Positions 57,171 to 64,000 of a DNA stretch of 64,000 nt are shown here, one piece after another (the stretch's first letter is position 1; every line of letters begins with the position of its first letter). A model generated the notes under the pieces. That model made no database searches. It was not told the DNA's origin and saw only the letters and a list, made by a program, of their open reading frames with translations. Made by a program: the position numbers and the translations under genes. Source of the DNA: Sphingomicrobium sp. (GTDB lineage Bacteria; Pseudomonadota; Alphaproteobacteria; Sphingomonadales; Sphingomonadaceae). The stretch is from positions 5,086 through 69,085 of the forward strand of contig JBDSGQ010000042.1 of NCBI GenBank assembly GCA_039918915.1, given 5' to 3'.

Positions 57171-58241
57171 ATGGCAGGCGAATCGAATCACGGGCGCGGG
57201 GCGACCCGCAATGTCACGCCGACGCGGTTCAACCTCATGGATCGCGTGGCTGCGGGCGAATGGCTCGACCAGGTCGAAGCGCTCGATGGGCTGACGCCGC
57301 GCCGGACGACGGTGACGATCGAACATCCAAAGTCGATCCTCACTCGCAACAATTCCCCCGACATCGGCTTCGATCGTTCGATCAACGCCTATCGCGGGTG
57401 CGAACATGGCTGCGTCTATTGCTTCGCGCGCCCGACTCACGCGTTTCACGATTTGTCGCCCGGCGTCGATTTCGAATCGCGCTTGTTCGCCAAGCCCAAG
57501 GCCGCGCAACTGCTTCATTCGGCCTTGTCGCGGCCGGGATACGAATGCCGGCCGATCGCAATGGGCACCAACACCGATCCCTACCAGCCGATCGAGGACC
57601 GGTGGCGGATTACGCGGTCGCTGATCGAACTGCTGCTCGAAACCCGCCACCCGTTCACCATCACAACCAAGTCCGACCGCGTGCTGCGCGACCTCGATTT
57701 GCTGGCCCAGGCCGCCGACCTGCGCCTTGCTTCGGTGGCCATCTCGGTAACCTCGCTCGATCCGAACGTTGCCCGAACGCTGGAGCCGCGGGCTCCGCGC
57801 CCCGCCAAGCGGCTGGCCGCGGTCAAGGCGCTCAATGCGGCCGGCATACCCTGCCATGTCGCGATTGCTCCCGTGATCCCGCAAATCACCGATCATGAGC
57901 TTGAACATATCGTCGAAGCCGCGGCGCAGGCCGGCGCGCGCGGCGCCTTCTATTTGCCGGTGCGCCTGCCGCACGAAGTCGCGCCGCTGTTCCGCGCTTG
58001 GCTCGACGAACATTATCCCGACCGCGCGGCGAAGGTCATGGCGACGATCCGTTCGCTGCGCGGCGGCCGCGACAACGACCCCGACTTCCACAGCCGGATG
58101 CAGGGCCAGGGCCCGTGGGCCGAACTGCTGCGTACCCGGTTCGATATTGCCACCCGGAGATTCGCACTGCCGCGAGCGAAGTTCGAACTTCGCACCGATT
58201 TGTTTCGCCCGCCCGAAGGCGACCAGATGCGGCTGCTGTGA
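57171..58241 (+). CDS. Radical SAM protein, PA0069-like family
   Basis: ...SINAYRGCEHGCVYCFARPTH (CxxxCxxC)... Confidence 0.85.
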   Translation: MAGESNHGRGATRNVTPTRFNLMDRVAAGEWLDQVEALDGLTPRRTTVTIEHPKSILTRNNSPDIGFDRSINAYRGCEHGCVYCFARPTHAFHDLSPGVDFESRLFAKPKAAQLLHSALSRPGYECRPIAMGTNTDPYQPIEDRWRITRSLIELLLETRHPFTITTKSDRVLRDLDLLAQAADLRLASVAISVTSLDPNVARTLEPRAPRPAKRLAAVKALNAAGIPCHVAIAPVIPQITDHELEHIVEAAAQAGARGAFYLPVRLPHEVAPLFRAWLDEHYPDRAAKVMATIRSLRGGRDNDPDFHSRMQGQGPWAELLRTRFDIATRRFALPRAKFELRTDLFRPPEGDQMRLL

Positions 58242-58312
58242 TTGGGCTGCCGGCCAAATAATCTGCAATAGGGACCGTGACTCTTCCGCCCGCCCTGCCC
58301 TAGGCAGTGCGA

Positions 58313-59713
58313 ATGAAAAATCAGCTCGCCGCCTTCCTCCTGTTGACCGCCGCCTCGCCGGCGCTTGCCCAGCCGTCGCTGGCTACCATGCCCGCGCCGG
58401 TGGTTGCGGACCGCGGCGTCGCGGCGCTGCGCGACAATGCGCTCAGCAATGACCATTACGCTTGGGACATCGTCGAAGGCCTGACGACCGAAGTTGGCCA
58501 GCGGCTGGCGGGAACGGCAGCGGAAGCGCGTTCCCGCGATTGGGCAGTGCGCCGCTTGACCGCCATGGGCTTCGCGAATGTCCACGTCGAACCATTCACC
58601 ATGCCGGTCTGGGTGCGTGGCGCCGAGGGCGCGGAAATCGTTTCGCCCTTCCCGCAGAAGCTGGCGGTGGCGGCGCTCGGCTATAGCGGCTCGACCGGGC
58701 CGCAAGGCGTGACTGGCCAGATCGTCTATTTCGACAGCGTCGATGCGTTGCGCGCCGCGCCCGATGCCCTGGTCAAGGGCAAGATCGTCTTCATCGACCA
58801 TCACATGGCGCCGTCGCAGGACGGGTCGGGTTACGGGCAGTTCGGCGCGCCTCGTCGCCAGGGGCCGACCATCGCGTCGAAAAAGGGCGCAATGGCGATC
58901 GTCGTGCGCTCGATCGGCACCGACCATCACCGCAACCCACATACCGGGGTGCAATTTTTCATGGACGGCGCAACGCCGATTCCCGCCGGCGCGCTAAGCA
59001 TTCCAGATTCCGAACAACTGATCCGAATCCTCAAACGCGGGCTGCCCGTGACAATGCACCTGACGCTGGTCAGCCGGAAGACCGAGGGCGGCCATTCGGG
59101 CAACGTCGTCGCCGAAGTTCCGGGGCGTGACGCGCGCGCTCCGATCCTGCTGATTGGCGGCCATCTCGACAGTTGGGATCTTGCCACGGGCGCGATCGAC
59201 GACGCGTCGGGCGTTGCCATCACCACCGCCGCGGCCAAGCACATCATGGACGCCGGGCAGCCGCTGCACACCATTCGCATCGTCTGGTTCGGGGCTGAGG
59301 AACCGGGCGGCTTCGGCGGCGCCGCGCTCGCCAAGGCTCATGCCGCCGACCATTACGCAATTGCCGGCGAAAGCGATTTCGGCGCCGACCGCATCTGGCG
59401 CTTCAGCTCGCAACTGGCGAAGTCGGATCCCGTCGCTTACGGCCAGCTCGCCGCGGCCCTCGCGCCGCTTGGCATCACCAGGAACGACAAGGGCGAAATC
59501 GACGGCACCGACGTCGAACCGACCATTGCCGCGGGCGCGCCGTGGATCTCGCTAAACCAGGACGGGACTCGCTACTTCGACTGGCATCACACCCCTGACG
59601 ACACGCTCGACAAGATCGATCCGGAACAGCTCCGCCAGAACGTCGCGGCGTGGACTGCAATGCTTGCAATTCTCGCCGGTCCGATCGAACCGCGGCCCGG
59701 GTCCCGCCGCTGA
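58313..59713 (+). CDS. M28 family zinc aminopeptidase
   Basis: Signal peptide MKNQLAAFLLLTAASPALA. ...GHLDSWD...DDASGVA...FGAEEPG... Confidence 0.85.
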   Translation: MKNQLAAFLLLTAASPALAQPSLATMPAPVVADRGVAALRDNALSNDHYAWDIVEGLTTEVGQRLAGTAAEARSRDWAVRRLTAMGFANVHVEPFTMPVWVRGAEGAEIVSPFPQKLAVAALGYSGSTGPQGVTGQIVYFDSVDALRAAPDALVKGKIVFIDHHMAPSQDGSGYGQFGAPRRQGPTIASKKGAMAIVVRSIGTDHHRNPHTGVQFFMDGATPIPAGALSIPDSEQLIRILKRGLPVTMHLTLVSRKTEGGHSGNVVAEVPGRDARAPILLIGGHLDSWDLATGAIDDASGVAITTAAAKHIMDAGQPLHTIRIVWFGAEEPGGFGGAALAKAHAADHYAIAGESDFGADRIWRFSSQLAKSDPVAYGQLAAALAPLGITRNDKGEIDGTDVEPTIAAGAPWISLNQDGTRYFDWHHTPDDTLDKIDPEQLRQNVAAWTAMLAILAGPIEPRPGSRR

Positions 59714-59742
59714 CCCGCATTCATCACCAGGAGGAACTACCA

Positions 59743-60006
59743 ATGCGCATTGCACTCGCCATCCCATTGCTGCTGCTCGGCGCCTGCCAGGTCAGCAAGG
59801 ACGACGCCAACGGCACCACCAGCGTCAGCTACAACAGCGACGTCGCCGAAAATGCCGCGGCCGACATCGGCAATACGGCGCAGAACATCGCCGCCGACAT
59901 CGGCAACGAGGCCAAATCGACCGGCGATAAGATTGAAAACAGGGTCGGCGACAAGGACGTCTCGGTTAACGTCGACACCGACGTGAAGACCGACAACAAG
60001 CAATAA
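59743..60006 (+). CDS. Small lipoprotein (87 aa)
   Basis: MRIALAIPLLLLGAC lipobox. Contains the internal repeat AADIGNTAQNIAADIGNEAK. Confidence 0.6.
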   Translation: MRIALAIPLLLLGACQVSKDDANGTTSVSYNSDVAENAAADIGNTAQNIAADIGNEAKSTGDKIENRVGDKDVSVNVDTDVKTDNKQ

Positions 60007-60024
60007 AGCCGCGAAAGTTCTGAA

Positions 60025-60104
<80 letters not shown>

Positions 60105-60143
60105 ACAAATTCCTCCCGGCCCGGTCCACCGCGAAGACGGCGG

Positions 60144-60215
60144 TGGGCCCGGAAGGATTCGAACCTCCAACCTAGCCGTTATGAGCGGCCGGCTCTACCG
60201 TTGAGCTACAGGCCC
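60144..60215 (-). tRNA. tRNA with CAU anticodon: elongator tRNA-Met or lysidine-modified tRNA-Ile2, not the initiator
   Basis: Minus strand reads GGGCCTGTAGCTCAACGGTAGAGCCGGCCGCTCATAACGGCTAGGTTGGAGGTTCGAATCCTTCCGGGCCCA. G1-C72 is paired and there is no GGG/CCC anticodon stem, so it is not tRNA-fMet. CCA is not fully encoded (ACCG). Confidence 0.85.
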
Positions 60216-60259
60216 CCACCGCTGCCCGCGCGATAGCCGCGCAAGCCGGCAGAGCCAAG

Positions 60260-61837
60260 TCAGGCTGGCCCGAAGATCAGCGCGAGCCCGCCGGCCGAGG
60301 TTTTGAGATCGGCCCCGGCGATCCGCGCAAGCCCGCGCACCAGGCGCAGCGAAAATTCGCCGCCCAGGTCCCCGCCACGCGATCCGAACAGCTCCTCGTC
60401 CGAATGGCCGCGCAGGGCCACGGGCCGGCTCAGCACCAGCTGGCATCCACTTCGCGTCGCTTCCAGCGCCACTCGCAGGCGTTCGCCGCTGGCCGCCTGG
60501 TCGATGGCGGCGCTCGCCAGGCGGAAGATTAGCCGGTCGGCCAATTCGGGCTGCACCGCGGCGGGCACGGGGCCAGTCGACCGGGCGAATTCAAGTTCGA
60601 CTCCCCGCGCCGAAGCCCGTTCACGCAGTGCTGGCGCCAGGCCTTCGAGCAACGGGCCAAGGCTGGTTCGCGGAACTGCACCGCGCCGCGCCGAATGCGT
60701 TTTCGCGGCAAAGTCGAGATCGTCGATCGCCGTCAGCAACACATGCGCCTGGACGACGATTTCACTCGCGCGCTCGCGATAGCGATGGTCCGCCGGACCA
60801 AGATACTGCCCGTCGATGATCTCGGCAAAGCCGATGATCGCATTCAGCGGGGTTTTGATTTCGTGAACCAGCTCGCGCAGCGAGTCGGGATCGGCCAGCG
60901 CATCCAGCATTGACGATGGAGCCGCCGTCGCGGCTTCCTCGCGAAGCGCAACGCCGCGATAGCCGGCAAAGCGCCCGTCCGCCGGTTCGAAGGCCGGGAC
61001 TCCGCTGATCCGCCATTCGCCGGCCACCGCGCCCGCGCCGGCAACGCTCATCGCCGCGTCGCGGAACGGAGCGCGGACCGCAAAGGCGCGGACCACTTCC
61101 GGACCGACGCGATTGCCGGCGCTGTCTTCGCTCCGAGCAATGGAACGCCCGATCAACGGCCCGCGCGCGGCGCCTTCGATCCAGGTGATTTCGCCGCTCG
61201 GCCCGCATTCCCAGCGGAACAGCGACGGCGCTCCGGGCCGCGGCGATGGGCCGCCGGCGAAGCGGTCGCGGGTTTGCCGCCGGCGTTCCATCCGCTCGAC
61301 GACGTCGTGCAGCGATGGGCCCGCGGTCGGCGGCGGCGGTTGTTCGACGAACGGTTCGGTGAGGTCCAGGACTATTGGTTCGGTGCCATTGGCCGGCTCC
61401 CGGGGCGGGTCAGCTGGGGGAGTGCCCGGCGGGCCGCCGATTGCCGGTTCCGGACGAAGCTCGGGATGGAGAGTCTCGATGAAGCGGCTGGTTTCGGGGT
61501 CCGCCAGCGCCAGCAAGGCGCGCCATTGCGCGCTGTCGAGCGTCGCTGCGGCAAGCACCGGGGCACCGACCGCCAATTTGTCCGCCGCGAACACTTCCAG
61601 CAAGCCAAGCGGCAATGGCAAGGCGGCGACCGCGCGCGCGGTGGCGGCACGAAGCTCGTCATCGACCTGCGCTGACTGGTCCCGGATTTCCTCGATTGCG
61701 CGCGCCACCGCCGCGCTGCCGCTGTTTGGCCCGGCGCGGGCAATCAGGTCCACCAGCTGGCGCCAGCGCACCGCTACGTCGCGGCGGTCGCCGGCCGGCT
61801 GGCCGAGCACCGTCAGCAGGCGATCGTCGTAACGCAC
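60260..61837 (-). CDS. Cytoplasmic histidine-kinase-like protein (PAS-like + HisKA) with a degenerate ATP-binding domain
   Basis: H-box LVHEIKTPLNAIIGFAEI. In the C-terminal region, RLIFRLASAAIDQA sits where the N-box is expected, LVLSRPVAL where DxGxG is expected, and GGEFSLRLVRGLA where GxGLGL is expected. No TM segments. GTG start. Confidence 0.8.
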   Translation of the reverse strand: MRYDDRLLTVLGQPAGDRRDVAVRWRQLVDLIARAGPNSGSAAVARAIEEIRDQSAQVDDELRAATARAVAALPLPLGLLEVFAADKLAVGAPVLAAATLDSAQWRALLALADPETSRFIETLHPELRPEPAIGGPPGTPPADPPREPANGTEPIVLDLTEPFVEQPPPPTAGPSLHDVVERMERRRQTRDRFAGGPSPRPGAPSLFRWECGPSGEITWIEGAARGPLIGRSIARSEDSAGNRVGPEVVRAFAVRAPFRDAAMSVAGAGAVAGEWRISGVPAFEPADGRFAGYRGVALREEAATAAPSSMLDALADPDSLRELVHEIKTPLNAIIGFAEIIDGQYLGPADHRYRERASEIVVQAHVLLTAIDDLDFAAKTHSARRGAVPRTSLGPLLEGLAPALRERASARGVELEFARSTGPVPAAVQPELADRLIFRLASAAIDQAASGERLRVALEATRSGCQLVLSRPVALRGHSDEELFGSRGGDLGGEFSLRLVRGLARIAGADLKTSAGGLALIFGPA

Positions 61838-62174
61838 CAGATTTTCCGAATCCTCTCAACGCACTGACTGCCGGCTCTAGACCAGCGTTAACTCCGCGCT
61901 AAGACACTCGGCTATAACCATCCCATAACGGGACGGTTTGCCGCCCGCGTGGGGCTGCTCAGCCGCCTCCACCAGGTCGCCGCGCGATGGCCGATCGCGG
62001 CCCTGGGTAGCGCCCGCTGAACGCCTTTTGAACCGCGGCTCTCACGCGTACGCACGGGCGCGCGCATACGCCCGCGGGGTGGCGCTTGGGGCTCGGGTGG
62101 CCTAGACGGGTGCGGGGGCGCGCGGCCGTTGCCGCAATCCTTCTTGTACCCTCCCCTAGCGACAGGACCTGTTC

Positions 62175-64000
62175 TTGGCCACGCAACCGCCGATCGACGA
62201 CACCATCGACAGCATTCCGCCGCCACCCGGCGGCCCCGAGATCGCGGCGATCTCGATCGTCGAAGAAATGAAGACCAGCTACCTCGATTACGCGATGAGC
62301 GTCATCGTCAGCCGCGCTCTGCCTGACGTGCGCGATGGCCTGAAGCCGGTTCACCGCCGAATTCTCTACGCTTGCCAGGAAGCGGGCTACGTCGCTGGCC
62401 GGCCCTATCGCAAGTCGAGCCGCATCGTCGGCGACGTCATGGGTAAATATCACCCGCACGGCGACAGCGCGATTTACGACGCCTTGGCGCGGATGACCCA
62501 GAACTGGTCGATGCGCGTGCCGCTGGTCGACGGCCAGGGCAATTTCGGATCGATGGATCCCGATCCGCCCGCCGCCATGCGCTATACCGAGGCACGGCTG
62601 GCCAAGGTCGCCAACTTCCTGCTTGGCGATATCGATCGCGATACGGTCGATTTCACGCCCAATTACGACGCTTCCGAAAGCGAACCGCAAGTCCTCCCGG
62701 CGCGCTTCCCCAATTTGCTCGTCAACGGCGCCGGCGGAATTGCCGTTGGCATGGCGACCAACATCCCGCCCCATAACCTGGGCGAAGTGATCGCCGCTTG
62801 CCGCGCGTTCATCGAAGATCCCGAAATCACCACCGAAGGCTTGATGGAACATGTGAAGGGCCCGGACTTCCCGACCGGCTGCTTCATCCTTGGCCTGGCC
62901 GGAATCCGCGGTGCCTACACCGTCGGCCGGGGCTCGATCATGCTTCGCTCGCGCCATCACGTCGAGGACGGCCGCGGCGACCGCCGTTCGATCGTGCTCA
63001 CCGAAATTCCCTACCAGGTCGGCAAGAACGGACTGGTCGAAAAGATCGCCGAGGCCGCCAAGGACAAGCGGATCGAAGGCGTGTCCGACATCCGCGACGA
63101 ATCCAACCGGCTCGGCGTGCGCATCGTCATCGACCTCAAGCGCGATGCAACGCCCGAAGTCGTGCTCAACCAGCTGTGGCGGCACACGCCTGCCCAGTCG
63201 AGCTTCCCGGCGAATATGCTCGCGATCCGCGGCGGCCGCCCCGAAACGCTGACTCTCCGCGACATCATCGAAAGCTTCATCAAGTTCCGCGAAGAAGTGA
63301 TCGTTCGCCGGTCCAAGTTCGAATTGTTCAAGGCCCGCGAACGCGCCCATTTGTTGCTTGGCCTGGTCGTCGCGGTGACCAACCTCGACGAAGTGGTGAA
63401 GCTGATCCGCGGTTCGTCGAGCCCGGCACAGGCGCGCGAAAAGCTGCTCGAGCGTGAATGGGACGGCCAGCAGATCCGCCCGTACATCGCGCTGGTCGAA
63501 GCGGTCGAGCCGCAGGCCAAAAAGGAAAAGTACAAGCTTTCCGAAGCGCAGGTAAAGGCGATCCTGGAGCTTCGCCTCCACCGTCTCACCGCGCTTGGCC
63601 GCGACGAAATCGCGGGCGAGCTCGAAGGCCTTGCCAAAACGATCGGCGAATTCCTCGAAATCCTCGGCAACCCCGTCCGCTTGTTCGAAGTGATGCGCGA
63701 GGAACTGGACGAGGTCGACGCCGAGTTCTCGACCCCGCGGATGAGCGAGCTCGCGCCCGCCGCCGACGGGATCGAGGATGAGGATTTGATCGAGCGCGAG
63801 GACATGGTCGTGACCGTGACCATGTCGGGTTACATCAAGCGCACGCCGCTGGCAGTGTTCCGCGAACAGAAGCGCGGCGGCAAGGGCCGCTCGGGAATGG
63901 CGACCAAGGAAGAAGATGCAGTCACCGAATTGTTCGTCACTTCGACCCACAATCCGGTGCTGTTCTTCTCCAACCTCGGGCGCGTGTATCGAATGAAGGT
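62175..64000 (+). CDS. gyrA: DNA gyrase subunit A, partial (continues beyond the right window edge)
   Basis: Absent from the ORF track because it is open to the edge. My translation reads (TTG)[65 protein letters not shown]...[14 protein letters not shown]. An in-frame TAG at 62157 limits the N-terminus, and TTG 62175 is the only start upstream of the conserved block. Confidence 0.9.
   Translation, partial: MATQPPIDDTIDSIPPPPGGPEIAAISIVEEMKTSYLDYAMSVIVSRALPDVRDGLKPVHRRILYACQEAGYVAGRPYRKSSRIVGDVMGKYHPHGDSAIYDALARMTQNWSMRVPLVDGQGNFGSMDPDPPAAMRYTEARLAKVANFLLGDIDRDTVDFTPNYDASESEPQVLPARFPNLLVNGAGGIAVGMATNIPPHNLGEVIAACRAFIEDPEITTEGLMEHVKGPDFPTGCFILGLAGIRGAYTVGRGSIMLRSRHHVEDGRGDRRSIVLTEIPYQVGKNGLVEKIAEAAKDKRIEGVSDIRDESNRLGVRIVIDLKRDATPEVVLNQLWRHTPAQSSFPANMLAIRGGRPETLTLRDIIESFIKFREEVIVRRSKFELFKARERAHLLLGLVVAVTNLDEVVKLIRGSSSPAQAREKLLEREWDGQQIRPYIALVEAVEPQAKKEKYKLSEAQVKAILELRLHRLTALGRDEIAGELEGLAKTIGEFLEILGNPVRLFEVMREELDEVDAEFSTPRMSELAPAADGIEDEDLIEREDMVVTVTMSGYIKRTPLAVFREQKRGGKGRSGMATKEEDAVTELFVTSTHNPVLFFSNLGRVYRMK

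Noticed and set aside
61959-63950. 663-aa ORF on the minus strand
   Set aside because: It lies entirely antisense to gyrA, whose translation is unmistakable. The product is Arg/Ala/Gly-rich low-information sequence typical of shadow ORFs in GC-rich DNA.

Overview
Visibly GC-rich chromosomal core region of an alphaproteobacterium. Gene order and a two-domain Hfq suggest Sphingomonadales, but that is inference only. About 60 protein genes fill the window almost completely, many joined by 1-4 nt start/stop overlaps. Most are housekeeping: rpmE, tmk, holB, metG, tatD, mazG, hflX, hfq, ntrYX, dusB, ispDF, lipA, ettA, ybaB, dnaX, ispE, nnr, ETF-QO and gyrA. RNA elements I can support are a cobalamin riboswitch upstream of a partial btuB, the small SRP RNA upstream of dnaX, and three tRNAs (Ser-UGA, Pro-UGG, Met/Ile2-CAU). 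I saw no transposase, integrase, phage gene, CRISPR array or recognisable defence island, and no clearly novel multi-gene system; the items below are candidates, not demonstrations. The most system-like unexplained locus is at 9379..12858. It holds a BlaI-type repressor with twin TACA-N2-TGTA operators and an M56 BlaR1-like protease whose sensor is replaced by an array of 29-residue repeats. A secreted protein built from the same repeat follows it. Other points worth a second look: a tandem-domain Hfq, an ornithine-decarboxylase plus deoxyhypusine-synthase-like pair (probable homospermidine route), and a histidine-kinase-like protein with a degenerate ATP-binding domain. Also of interest are a LemA-DUF2207 pair, tandem secreted EF-hand paralogues, a membrane protein divergent from the B12 riboswitch, and several SD-sequestering hairpins or operator-like dyads. 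The many long ORFs lying antisense to real genes are GC-driven artefacts. Several ORF-track starts were moved to internal starts that fit neighbouring stop codons, SD sequences or family N-termini.
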